The position numbers were made by a program, and so were the translations under genes. The notes beneath the pieces were generated by a model. It saw nothing but the letters and a program-made list of their open reading frames with translations. It did no database searches and was not told the origin of the DNA. Of a stretch of DNA of 33,699 bases, positions 7,933 to 17,335 are shown one piece after another. The DNA comes from Acidobacteriota bacterium (GTDB lineage: Bacteria > Acidobacteriota > Vicinamibacteria > Vicinamibacterales > CAVVIG01): NCBI GenBank assembly GCA_003222455.1, contig QHWF01000003.1, positions 1 to 33,699 of the forward strand, read 5' to 3'. Numbering within the stretch: the stretch's first letter is position 1; every line of letters starts with the position of its first letter.

Positions 7933-8364
7933 GACACCTCCACAAGCAATCGTTGAGGTAAGACCGGTAATCGCGGCGACGAGTGGCAAGCTTGTCGCCA
8001 ATGTTGGTAATGGCTGGAATTGCGCGCAGAACATCGTTTCGCGACGTTTACACAACGGGCGCATGTCCACTCGTGAACTGAACCTTATGGCAGCTCTTAC
8101 ATACCTGCCCACCGATGCGCGCTTTTGCGTTGAAAAATAAAGGGCCGAAAACGATGCACGAGCTAACGGTCGTGTTCGCCTCAAATGCGCGACGGCAGAG
8201 TGCCCTTCACGACGGGTGAAGAGGTGTCCGATAGAGCGACCCCCACGAGCAGGGTCAGACCCAGGGTCAGGATCAAATTGAGGTGAGACCTAGAGGTCGA
8301 GCTCCGGCGTGCCTCTTGCGTGAGCGTCCGATGTTTCAAACGCCGGAGCACGGAGAAGTTGGGA

Positions 8365-9525
8365 GTGAACCAGCGAATCAGAGTGGCGCTCGTGGCGCCG
8401 TCGTTGAGAATACTCGGCGGCCAGGCGGTGCAGGCGGATCGGCTGCTGCGCGCGTGGCGGAACGATCCGGATGTGGATGCGTGGCTCGTACCCGTCAATC
8501 CGGTCGCACCCTTGCCGTTCCGACGGCTGCTCAGTTTGAAGTATGTGCGCACGCTCGTCACCGAGCTGACCTACATCCCCCTCCTTCTCAGGGAGCTGGC
8601 GCGTGCTGACGTGGTTCACGTCTTCTCTGCGTCATACGCGTCTTTTCTGCTCGCGCCGCTGCCCGCCGTCTTGATCGGCCGCGCGTTCGGCCGGCCGGTT
8701 ATCCTGAACTATCGGAGCGGAGAGGCGCCGGATCACCTGCGGCGATCCTCGATCGCGCGGCGCACTCTCGCGCGGGTCAACAGCAATGTCGTGCCGTCGA
8801 GTTTTCTCGTCGATGTCTTCCGCGAGTTCGGCGTCCACGCACGCGTGATTCCGAACATGGTGGATCTCGACCGGTTCAGGTTCAAGGCACGCGGACCGCT
8901 GCGCCCCAGACTGGTATCGACGAGAAACTTCCACGCGCTCTATAACGTGGCCTGCACCATTCGCGCGTTCCGCCTCGTGCAGGACCGGTGGCCGGATGCG
9001 AGCCTGACGCTGGTGGGCGGCGGCCGACAGGACGGGATGCTGCGGCAGCTGGTCGCACGCCTCGAGCTGAAGAACGTCGTGTTCGTGGGACAGGTCCGCC
9101 CCGACGAGATTGCCGGCTATTACACAGCGAACGACATCTATATTCAGAGCCCCAATATCGACAATATGCCCACGTCGGTCATCGAGGCCTACGCCAGCGG
9201 GTTGCCAGTCGTGTCGACGGCGGCGGGTGGCGTACCGGCAATCCTTACGTCCGGCGAAGAAGGGTTGCTGGCCCCGCTCGACGATCACGAGGCGCTCGCC
9301 GCCCACGTGCTGGATTTGCTCGACGACTCCGCATTGGCCGAGCGACTGGCTGGGGCAGCATATGCCCGGTGCCGGGCGTGCACGTGGCCAAGCGTGCGGG
9401 GCCAATGGCTGGCGGCATATCGGGAGGTGCTCACGCGGCCTGAACAATCCACCAGCCCGCATCAGTCTGTCGGCTCTGAATCGATGCCATCGCCGCCGAC
9501 CCATCGTTCTGCTCCAACATCATGA
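8365..9525 (+). CDS. GT4-family (GT-B) glycosyltransferase
   Basis: ORF 8320..9525. GTG 8365 is preferred because GGAGAAG lies 6 nt upstream; GTG 8320 is the alternative. Begins VNQRIRVALVAPSLRILGG. C-terminal motif EAYASGLPVVSTAAGGVPAILTSGEEGLL. Its stop overlaps the next start (ATGA). Confidence 0.8.
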   Translation: MNQRIRVALVAPSLRILGGQAVQADRLLRAWRNDPDVDAWLVPVNPVAPLPFRRLLSLKYVRTLVTELTYIPLLLRELARADVVHVFSASYASFLLAPLPAVLIGRAFGRPVILNYRSGEAPDHLRRSSIARRTLARVNSNVVPSSFLVDVFREFGVHARVIPNMVDLDRFRFKARGPLRPRLVSTRNFHALYNVACTIRAFRLVQDRWPDASLTLVGGGRQDGMLRQLVARLELKNVVFVGQVRPDEIAGYYTANDIYIQSPNIDNMPTSVIEAYASGLPVVSTAAGGVPAILTSGEEGLLAPLDDHEALAAHVLDLLDDSALAERLAGAAYARCRACTWPSVRGQWLAAYREVLTRPEQSTSPHQSVGSESMPSPPTHRSAPTS

Positions 9526-12074
9526 TCCGCCGAACGCTTGCGCGGGTGGCGCAGATGGATCGTGCCGAGCTGGTGTGGCGCGCTGGAGCCGGCGCGCGCA
9601 TCGCCCGAGACCGTGCCGTGGCGGCCGTTCGTCAACCGCACTGGGACCGCCGGCAGCTTCGTTCCCGGCTCGCGCCTGACGATGGGCTTGATGACGTGCG
9701 CCGGTCGCTGGGCCAGCGGCAATGGCTCGACGCGCACTGCGCGCTCTCGCGTTACTTCGTGACGGCGCCGCAACGGTTTCCGCTCAGCCAATCACGCCGG
9801 CGATCGATCGTCGAACACGTGCACGCCCGGTTCCCGGACTGCCTGCGCCAGGCGACAGCTCGCGCTGACCGCATTCTGGCCGGTGAATACGACCTGCTCG
9901 GATATCGGGGGCTTCGCTTCGACGCGACACGCGTCCCTGACCATCCCGATCGCCCCGACCGCCCTGACCCTCCCGGCCTCCCGGACTGGCACTTCGACCC
10001 GGTCCACCATCGCTGCGCACCGCGACGCTTCTGGTCGACCGTCAGGTACCTCGATCCCGAGTGCGGCGATCACAAGATCATCTGGGAGCTGAATCGGCAT
10101 CAGCACTGGCTCGCACTGGGTCGCGCCTACTGGCTGTCGAACGAAGCGCGCTATCGCGACAGATTCCGCGCCGAGCTCGTGAGCTGGCTCGATCAGAATC
10201 CGCCGCTCACCGGCATCAATTGGGCAAGCATGCTGGAGCTCGCGCTCCGATCGGTGTCGTGGCTGTGGGCGCTGCACTTCTTCGTCCGCGATCCCGACTC
10301 GGCGGATCGAGACGAAGAACCCTGGACCGTCGATTTGCTGCTGGCGATCGACGATCAGCTGACCCAGGTCCAACAGAACCTCTCGCGATATTTCAGTCCG
10401 AACACGCACCTGCTCGGCGAAGGGCTCGGTTTGTACGTGGCGGGGCGGGCCATTCGCGAGCTCGCCGCCAGCCGGCAATGGGAAATCATCGGCCGCCAGG
10501 TGCTCGTGACCGAGATGGAGCGGCAGATCGGCCCCGACGGCGGTCACTCCGAGCGCTCCACCCATTACCATCGCTACGCGCTCGACTTCTACATCCTCGC
10601 GCTCATCGTCGCTCGACTCACGCGGGATCCCGCCGCTTCCGACTTCGAACGAGCCGTCACGCGCCTGGCCGTGGCCGCGCGCCTGCTCGTGCCGGATTGC
10701 GGACGCCTCCCGCATGTCGGTGACGATGATGGAGGATCGCTCTTTCCGATGACGGCACGGCCGAACGACGATATCCGCGACACGCTGAGCGTGGCAGCCG
10801 CAGCGATCGGCCGTCCCGACCTCGCCATCGGACCGCCGCCGGAAGAGGCGCTGTGGCTGCTTGGCCCCGAATTCGCTGCGAAATCCACATTCCACATTCC
10901 ACATTCCGAGTTCCGAATTCCTTCCGCGGCGCTGCCCGACATGGGCTACTACATCTCGCGTTCGCGCGAGGGCGATCATCTGCTGGTCGACGGCGGACCG
11001 CACGGATATCAGAACGGCGGCCACGCGCACGCGGATGCGCTGTCGCTGACACTGACCGTCCGCGGGCGGCCGCTGCTGGTCGATCCCGGCACGTGCTGCT
11101 ACACGACCGACCGCAGGATGCGCGATCGGCTGCGATCGTCGGCGCTGCACAACACGCTCACGCTCGACGATCGCTCGCAGTCCATCCCGTGCGGACCATT
11201 TCACTGGTCGCACGTGGCGAACGGCCGCGTCCACTGCTGGCGCACGAACGAGCACTTCGATTACTTCGATGGATCCCATGACGGCTATCGGCCGGCCCGA
11301 CATCGCCGCCGCGTGTTGGCGATGCACGGCGACCTTCTCGTGATCGCGGATTTCATCGACCCCGTCGGCCCGCATACCGCCGCCGTTCACTGGCACGTGC
11401 ATCCCGACTGGCACGTTGACGCCGACGGTCGTCGAGTGACGTTCACCAGTCAGCGCACACCAGCGGCGGAAGACGATGCGTGCCGCGGCACCGCTGGTTC
11501 ACTCGAGACGATGACGCTGATGGTGCCGGAGGGGGTGATTGAAACGTTCCGTGACGATCGAGCAGCCGGCCTGGGCGTGTATTCGCCCGTGTACGGACAA
11601 CTTGCCCCCTCGACGACCGTTCGCGTGAGCCACTCAGCGACCGGACCGTTCTGGATGGCGGGAGTATTCGATCTGCGCCGGCATGAACCGGTCAACGACG
11701 TCGAGTGGCAGCAGGTCTCGTCGGCAGCCGGCACGCTGGCGCACGCGGCGATGCTGCGCATCCGCCGCGCCGAGTCCGTCGATGACGTCATGTTCGCAGA
11801 ACCATTGTCGAGTGGAGGTCGAGTCGAAGCCGGAAGCGCCGCGGGCTCGCCGACCTGGCGCGCTGGCGATCTCGAAACCGACGCGCGCATGCTTCTCGCT
11901 CGCATCGATCGCGACGGCCGCCTCACGCGGCTCGGCCTGGTGGATGGATCGGTCGTCCGCGATACGGCAGGCCGCACGCACGTGGCGCTGCCGCAGCGCG
12001 CACCCGATTGGCACCTCGGGCAGGTTCCGGATTACGAATTCCAGATTCCGAATTCCAGATTCCACGTTCGTTAG
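9522..12074 (+). CDS. Heparinase II/III-like (alginate-lyase-fold) polysaccharide lyase family protein
   Basis: N-terminal GDHKIIWELNRHQHWLALGRAYW and INWASMLELALRSVSW. C-terminal Hepar_II_III-like GGHAHADALSLTLTVRGRPLLVDPGTCCYT...SSALHNTLTLDD. Contains an in-frame heptamer array and terminates inside a second one. Confidence 0.8.
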   Translation: MIRRTLARVAQMDRAELVWRAGAGARIARDRAVAAVRQPHWDRRQLRSRLAPDDGLDDVRRSLGQRQWLDAHCALSRYFVTAPQRFPLSQSRRRSIVEHVHARFPDCLRQATARADRILAGEYDLLGYRGLRFDATRVPDHPDRPDRPDPPGLPDWHFDPVHHRCAPRRFWSTVRYLDPECGDHKIIWELNRHQHWLALGRAYWLSNEARYRDRFRAELVSWLDQNPPLTGINWASMLELALRSVSWLWALHFFVRDPDSADRDEEPWTVDLLLAIDDQLTQVQQNLSRYFSPNTHLLGEGLGLYVAGRAIRELAASRQWEIIGRQVLVTEMERQIGPDGGHSERSTHYHRYALDFYILALIVARLTRDPAASDFERAVTRLAVAARLLVPDCGRLPHVGDDDGGSLFPMTARPNDDIRDTLSVAAAAIGRPDLAIGPPPEEALWLLGPEFAAKSTFHIPHSEFRIPSAALPDMGYYISRSREGDHLLVDGGPHGYQNGGHAHADALSLTLTVRGRPLLVDPGTCCYTTDRRMRDRLRSSALHNTLTLDDRSQSIPCGPFHWSHVANGRVHCWRTNEHFDYFDGSHDGYRPARHRRRVLAMHGDLLVIADFIDPVGPHTAAVHWHVHPDWHVDADGRRVTFTSQRTPAAEDDACRGTAGSLETMTLMVPEGVIETFRDDRAAGLGVYSPVYGQLAPSTTVRVSHSATGPFWMAGVFDLRRHEPVNDVEWQQVSSAAGTLAHAAMLRIRRAESVDDVMFAEPLSSGGRVEAGSAAGSPTWRAGDLETDARMLLARIDRDGRLTRLGLVDGSVVRDTAGRTHVALPQRAPDWHLGQVPDYEFQIPNSRFHVR
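10885..10926. repeat. Six tandem heptamers (CCACATT x3, CCGAGTT, CCGAATT, CCTTCCG), in-frame inside the lyase CDS
   Basis: Read directly from the sequence. 42 nt equals 14 codons, encoding (ST)FHIPHSEFRIPSA between the N- and C-terminal lyase domains. Confidence 0.8.
12027..12068. repeat. Six tandem heptamers (CCGGATT ACGAATT CCAGATT CCGAATT CCAGATT CCACGTT) at the 3' end of the lyase CDS
   Basis: Read directly. Same orientation and unit family (CCNNNTT) as 10885-10926. Encodes the last residues YEFQIPNSRFHVR before TAG 12072-12074. Confidence 0.8.
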
Positions 12075-12153
12075 AGAGTTCACGAGCCAGCATGAGCCCC
12101 CTCTCCGCCTCCTCTGTGTCGACTTCTCGGACGAACCTCGCAGGATTCACCCC

Positions 12154-14139
12154 ATGTGCGGCATAGCCGGATTCGTCGAATCGTCCGCCGTTCGGTCACC
12201 TTTCGATGCGGCGACCGCACACGATCTCATCGAGCGGATGTGCGACGTCATCCGGCATCGTGGGCCGGACGATCAGGGCGCCCTCGTCGACTCGGGCGTC
12301 GGGCTCGGCATGCGGCGGCTCAGCATCATCGACCTGTCGACCGGTCACCAGCCGATCCACAACGAAGACCGCACGGTCTGGGTCGTTTTCAACGGCGAGA
12401 TCTACAACTTCCGGGAGCTACGCAGCGAGCTCGTCGCGGCGGGGCACCGGTTCTACACGGCTTCGGACACGGAAACGATCGTTCACGCGTACGAACAGTG
12501 GGGCACGGCGGCGATCGGGCGGTTGCGAGGGATGTTCGGCCTCGCGATCTGGGACATGCGTTCGCGCACGCTCCTTATCGCGCGCGACCGCATCGGCATC
12601 AAGCCTTTGCACTATGCCGTGGTCAACGGCCGCTTCTTTTTCGGCTCGGAGATCAAGTCGCTGCTCGAAGCGCCGGACCTGCCGCGCGATCTGGACGTCG
12701 ACGCGCTCGACCACTACCTGTCCTTCCTGTACACACCGGCGGACGGGTCGATCTTCAAGAGCGTCCGCAAGCTGCCACCCGGTCACCTGCTGGTCTGGCG
12801 CGACGGACAGCTCACGGTCCACCAGTACTGGCAGCTGGCGGTGGACGAGACGTATGCCGGGTCCGAAGCCGACGCCGTGCGCGACCTGCGCGACGTGTTG
12901 TCGGATGCGGTCCGATCGCATCTCGTCAGCGACGTTCCGCTCGGCGCCTTTCTGTCCGGAGGCATCGACTCGAGCCTCGTCGTCGGCCTGATGGCGCAGA
13001 CGTCGGGCGGACGCGTGAAGACGTTTTCGATCGGGTTCGACGAGCCCGCGTTCGACGAGCTCGCGCATGCGCGGCGCGTGGCACAGCATTTCGGCACCGA
13101 TCATTACGAGCTCGTGGTCAAGCCCGACGCGCTCAGCATCCTGGATCGGCTCGTCCGGCACTTCGACGAACCGTTCGCCGATTCATCGGCGATACCGACG
13201 TGGTACGTCTCGGAGATGGCGCGCCGGCACGTCACCGTCGTGCTGTCCGGCGATGGCGGTGACGAGCTGTTTGGTGGATACGATCGGTACGTTCCTCATC
13301 CCCGCGTCCTGGCGTTCGACCGTTACAGCCCGCGTGCGCTGCGACGCGTCGCGGCCATGGCGGCGGCGAGGCTGCCGCACGGCGTGCGCGGCAAGAACTT
13401 CCTCCGTCACGTCGGCCGCGACGCCCGGGGCCGGTATATCGATTCAATCCGGTTCTTCGGCGCCGACGAAAAGCCCGCGCTGCTGTCGCGCGACGTCCTG
13501 CGCGCACTCGACGCCGTCGATCCGGAGGTGCGGCTCGCACGCCATTTCGAACGCTATGCACACCTGGCGTGGCCGACCCAGATGATGCGCTTCGACGCGG
13601 AAACCTATCTGCCAGACGACGTGCTGACGAAAGTGGACCGCATGAGCATGGCGCATTCCATTGAATCGCGCGTGCCATTGCTCGACAACGAGGTCATTAC
13701 GTTCGCCTCCCGGCTGCCTGCGTCCCTGAAGATCGCGAATGGGCGCCGGAAGCACGTTCTCAAGGAAGTGGCGGCCACGTTGCTGCCACAGGAGATCCTC
13801 GATCGGCCAAAGCAGGGATTCGGGGTGCCGCTCGGCGTCTGGTTCAGGGGGAACCTCCGGGAACTATTCGCTGACACACTGCTGTCGTCCGCCAGTCTTC
13901 AACGCGGCTATTTCCAGCCGTCGTTTGTCCGGCGGCTGGTCGAAGCGCACCTCTCCGGCAAGCGAGACCACTCACTGCGGCTGTGGCAGCTGGTCGTCTT
14001 CGAGCGCTGGCATCGTCAGTACGTCGACCGCGCGAGCGGCTCGGCCGACGATCGCGGCTGCTCATCAGATGCGGTGCGTAACCGGTTGCCACTCTCCGCA
14101 CCTGCAGTTCTCTCGACCCCTGCTGTACAGTCGCGCTAA
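12154..14139 (+). CDS. asnB: Asparagine synthase (glutamine-hydrolysing) family amidotransferase, paralogue 1
   Basis: ORF 11683..14139 trimmed to ATG 12154, giving MCGIAGF (Cys2 Ntn nucleophile). Also RGPDDQG and the PP-loop FLSGGIDSS. AsnB-like length of 661 aa. Confidence 0.9.
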   Translation: MCGIAGFVESSAVRSPFDAATAHDLIERMCDVIRHRGPDDQGALVDSGVGLGMRRLSIIDLSTGHQPIHNEDRTVWVVFNGEIYNFRELRSELVAAGHRFYTASDTETIVHAYEQWGTAAIGRLRGMFGLAIWDMRSRTLLIARDRIGIKPLHYAVVNGRFFFGSEIKSLLEAPDLPRDLDVDALDHYLSFLYTPADGSIFKSVRKLPPGHLLVWRDGQLTVHQYWQLAVDETYAGSEADAVRDLRDVLSDAVRSHLVSDVPLGAFLSGGIDSSLVVGLMAQTSGGRVKTFSIGFDEPAFDELAHARRVAQHFGTDHYELVVKPDALSILDRLVRHFDEPFADSSAIPTWYVSEMARRHVTVVLSGDGGDELFGGYDRYVPHPRVLAFDRYSPRALRRVAAMAAARLPHGVRGKNFLRHVGRDARGRYIDSIRFFGADEKPALLSRDVLRALDAVDPEVRLARHFERYAHLAWPTQMMRFDAETYLPDDVLTKVDRMSMAHSIESRVPLLDNEVITFASRLPASLKIANGRRKHVLKEVAATLLPQEILDRPKQGFGVPLGVWFRGNLRELFADTLLSSASLQRGYFQPSFVRRLVEAHLSGKRDHSLRLWQLVVFERWHRQYVDRASGSADDRGCSSDAVRNRLPLSAPAVLSTPAVQSR

Positions 14140-14197
14140 CGGAAACTCCGCGGCTTTTCCTGAACTCTGATGGCATTTCGCTTGCTCAGATTGGGGC

Positions 14198-15364
14198 GTG
14201 CCGTTTACTGATGCGGTGGGCGAGCTGAAACCCGGCCGCGTGCCCATTGCCATGGTGATGACCAGCTTTGAGCCTGGCGGCACGGAGCGGCAGATGATCG
14301 AGATGGTGCGGCGTCTCGATCCGAATCGGTGGGCGGTGCACATTGCGTGCTTTCATGCCCGCGGGACCTGGTTCAGGCGGGCCGCAGAACGGGCTGCGTC
14401 GGTTGCCGAGTTTCCCGTCAGAAGCTTTCGCACGCCGCTGACGCTGCGCCACGCATGGGAGTTTGCCCGATGGTGCCGCACCCGCCGGATCGCCGTCGTG
14501 CACACGACCGAGCTCTACTCGAACATCTTCGGTCTGCCAGCCGCGGCGCTGGCCCGTGTTCCGGTCCGGATTGCGAACCGGCGCGAAATCAACCCCGACA
14601 AGACACCGGCACAAATTGCGATGCAGCGGACGGCGTACGCGTTCGCGCATCGAATCGTTGCGAACTCGCGTGCCGCCGCGAGGCGCCTCGAGCTCGAGCG
14701 CGTGCCGCGCAGAAAGATCACCGTCGTGCCGAACGGGCTCGACCTGCGGGCCTTCACCAGACCGCCCGCGCCGAAGGTCCGCCTGCGGAACGTCATCGTC
14801 GTCGCCAATCTGCGACCCGAAAAGGGTCACGACGTCCTCGTCGACGCCGCCGCGAACGTTCTCCTGCGCGTACCGGATGCGAAGTTCAACCTGGTGGGCG
14901 ACGGGCCCGGCCGCGACGCGTTGATCGAACGGGTGCGATCGCTGGGCATTCAGGACGCGTTCACCTTCCACGGGCATCGCGACGACGTTCCCGCCTGTCT
15001 CGATGCCGCGGATATTTTCGTCCTGCCGTCCCGCTCCGAAGCGTTCCCCAACGCGGTGCTCGAGGCGATGGCGGCAGGCCTGCCAATTGTCGCGTCCGGG
15101 GTTGGCGGGATCGTCGAGTTGATTGCCGACAACCGCACCGGGCTGCTGGTGCCGCCGGACGATCCGGCGTCGTTGTGCACGTGCCTCTTGCGGCTGATGG
15201 CGGACTCGTCGATCGGATCGCGCATGGGCGCGGCCGCACGCGGCGAGGCGCACGCGCGGTACTCGTTCGATCGGATGGTGGCGGACCTCGACCGTCTGTA
15301 CGTCAACGAACTGGCCCGTCGCGGCGCGCTTCCGGTCGAAAACCCTCAGCTGGCAGCCTCCTGA
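14198..15364 (+). CDS. GT4-family glycosyltransferase
   Basis: GTG start. IAMVMTSFEPGGTERQMIEMVRRL; PSRSEAFPNAVLEAMAAGLPIVASGVGGIVELI...GLLVPP. Confidence 0.85.
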   Translation: MPFTDAVGELKPGRVPIAMVMTSFEPGGTERQMIEMVRRLDPNRWAVHIACFHARGTWFRRAAERAASVAEFPVRSFRTPLTLRHAWEFARWCRTRRIAVVHTTELYSNIFGLPAAALARVPVRIANRREINPDKTPAQIAMQRTAYAFAHRIVANSRAAARRLELERVPRRKITVVPNGLDLRAFTRPPAPKVRLRNVIVVANLRPEKGHDVLVDAAANVLLRVPDAKFNLVGDGPGRDALIERVRSLGIQDAFTFHGHRDDVPACLDAADIFVLPSRSEAFPNAVLEAMAAGLPIVASGVGGIVELIADNRTGLLVPPDDPASLCTCLLRLMADSSIGSRMGAAARGEAHARYSFDRMVADLDRLYVNELARRGALPVENPQLAAS

Positions 15365-15365
15365 C

Positions 15366-17333
15366 ATGTGCGGCATCGCTGGCAGGTTCAATTTCACGCC
15401 GACGCAGCCGATCGATCGCGAGCGCCTGGTCGCGATGACTGACGTCATCGCGCATCGCGGTCCCGATGCGGACGGCTTCTACGTCGGCCCCGGCATCGGG
15501 CTCGGGCACCGCCGTCTGAGCATCATCGATCTGTCGACCGGCGATCAGCCGCTGGCGAACGAGGACCGGACGATCCGCGTCGTGTTCAACGGCGAGATTT
15601 ACAACTTCGCCGAGCTGCGTGCAGAGCTGATCGCGCACGGACACCGGTTCCGCACCCATTCGGACACAGAAGTGATCGTGCACGCGTACGAACAATGGGG
15701 CGACCGCGCCGTCGATCGGTTCCGCGGCATGTTCGCGTATGCACTGTGGGACGAGCCGAAGCGCCGCCTGTTGCTCGTGAGGGATCGGATCGGCGTCAAG
15801 CCCTTGTATTACGCCGTCACGCCGTCGGGCGTGAGCTTTGGCTCCGAGATGAAGGCGGTTCTCGAGGATCCGGCCGTGCCCCGCGACTGGAGCCCCGAAG
15901 CGCTGGATGCATATCTTGCGCTGCAGTACGTGCCGACGCCGCAGACGATCTATCGATCGGTGTGGAAGCTGCCGCCGGCGCATTACCTGGTGGCCGAGAA
16001 CGGCCGTGTCTCGGTTCGCCGGTACTGGGATCTGACGTTCACCGGTGACGGCGATCCGGCCCGCGAAGAGGAATATCTCGATCGGCTGGATGCCCTCGTG
16101 ACCGAATCGGTGCGAATGCGTCTGGTCAGCGATGTGCCGCTCGGGGCGTTCCTGTCCGGCGGCATCGACTCGAGCGCCGTTGTCGCCGCGATGGTGAAGA
16201 CGAGCGCGAGCCCCGTGGTCACCACGTCGGTCGGGTTCGACGAGCACCGATTCGACGAGCTCGAGCACGCGCGGACGGTCGCGGCCCATTTCGGAACCGT
16301 GCAGCACGAACACATCGTGCGGCCCGACATCGTGGATCTGCTGCCAAAGCTGGTGTGGCATCTCGACGAACCGTTCGCGGACCACTCCGCCGTCCCGACG
16401 TACTACGTGTCAAAGGCCGCACGCGAGCACGTGACGGTCGCCTTGTCGGGGGACGGCGGCGACGAGCTGTGGGCCGGATACGCGCGGCATCGGGTGGAAC
16501 GGTGGGAATCGTCGGCGCGGCGGGTGCTGCGGACGTCCGGGGCCAAGGTGGTCGGTCGCGCGGCGGGAGCCCTGCCGCTCAGCGTCAAGGGCGCCCGCTC
16601 GCTGCGGCACCTCGCGCTCACGCCCGGTGAGGCCTGCGCCCGCAAACATGCGTACGGCCTCTTCGAAACCGGACTCCGCTCCACGCTCTACTCGGCCGAT
16701 TTCGCCGCGCAGGTACGTGACGCCGATCCGTTCGTGGGTTTCCGGATCGCGTACGACTCGTGCCCGTCACCCGATCCGCTCGATTGCGCGCTCTACGTCG
16801 ACGTCAAAACCTATCTCGCCGACGACATCATGACGAAGGTCGACAAGATGAGCATGGCGGTCTCGCTCGAATCGCGTGAACCGCTGCTCGATCACACGCT
16901 GCTCGAGTTCGCCGCGACGGTGCCGACGGCGCTCAAGCTGAAAAACGGGCGCAGCAAGCACCTGCTCCGGCGACTTCTCGAGCGGCGCGTTCCGGCGTCG
17001 ATCGTCGATCGGCCGAAACAGGGGTTCGAGGCGCCGACCGGTGAGTGGCTGCGCGGCCCGCTCGCGCCAATGGTGAACGACCTGCTGCTCGACGGCCGTC
17101 TCCGCAATCGCGGCATGTTCCAGGACCGCGAGATCGTCCGTCTCTGGCGCGAGCATCGCAGCGGCAGGTCCGACCACCGGCATCGTCTCTGGAGCCTCGT
17201 GATGCTCGAGCTCTGGTTCCGTCAGTTCCTGGACGGCGTGGACGCTTCGCGCAAGCGGCGCAATCCCGTTCAATCGCCCGCGAGATCGGCAGGGGGAGAG
17301 CTCGGACGGCAGCCAGATGGCCAGGCGGCTTAG
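15366..17333 (+). CDS. asnB: Asparagine synthase family amidotransferase, paralogue 2
   Basis: MCGIAGRF start 1 nt after the GT4 stop. RGPDADG, FLSGGIDSSAVV. 655 aa. Confidence 0.9.
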   Translation: MCGIAGRFNFTPTQPIDRERLVAMTDVIAHRGPDADGFYVGPGIGLGHRRLSIIDLSTGDQPLANEDRTIRVVFNGEIYNFAELRAELIAHGHRFRTHSDTEVIVHAYEQWGDRAVDRFRGMFAYALWDEPKRRLLLVRDRIGVKPLYYAVTPSGVSFGSEMKAVLEDPAVPRDWSPEALDAYLALQYVPTPQTIYRSVWKLPPAHYLVAENGRVSVRRYWDLTFTGDGDPAREEEYLDRLDALVTESVRMRLVSDVPLGAFLSGGIDSSAVVAAMVKTSASPVVTTSVGFDEHRFDELEHARTVAAHFGTVQHEHIVRPDIVDLLPKLVWHLDEPFADHSAVPTYYVSKAAREHVTVALSGDGGDELWAGYARHRVERWESSARRVLRTSGAKVVGRAAGALPLSVKGARSLRHLALTPGEACARKHAYGLFETGLRSTLYSADFAAQVRDADPFVGFRIAYDSCPSPDPLDCALYVDVKTYLADDIMTKVDKMSMAVSLESREPLLDHTLLEFAATVPTALKLKNGRSKHLLRRLLERRVPASIVDRPKQGFEAPTGEWLRGPLAPMVNDLLLDGRLRNRGMFQDREIVRLWREHRSGRSDHRHRLWSLVMLELWFRQFLDGVDASRKRRNPVQSPARSAGGELGRQPDGQAA

Positions 17334-17335
17334 TC

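Noticed and set aside
9936-9971. 9-nt tandem repeat (GACCATCCC GATCGCCCC GACCGCCCT GACCCTCCC) in the lyase gene as a distinct element
   Set aside because: It is in-frame, short, and simply encodes a PDHPDRPDRPDPP proline-rich linker. Nothing suggests a function beyond a low-complexity coding repeat.
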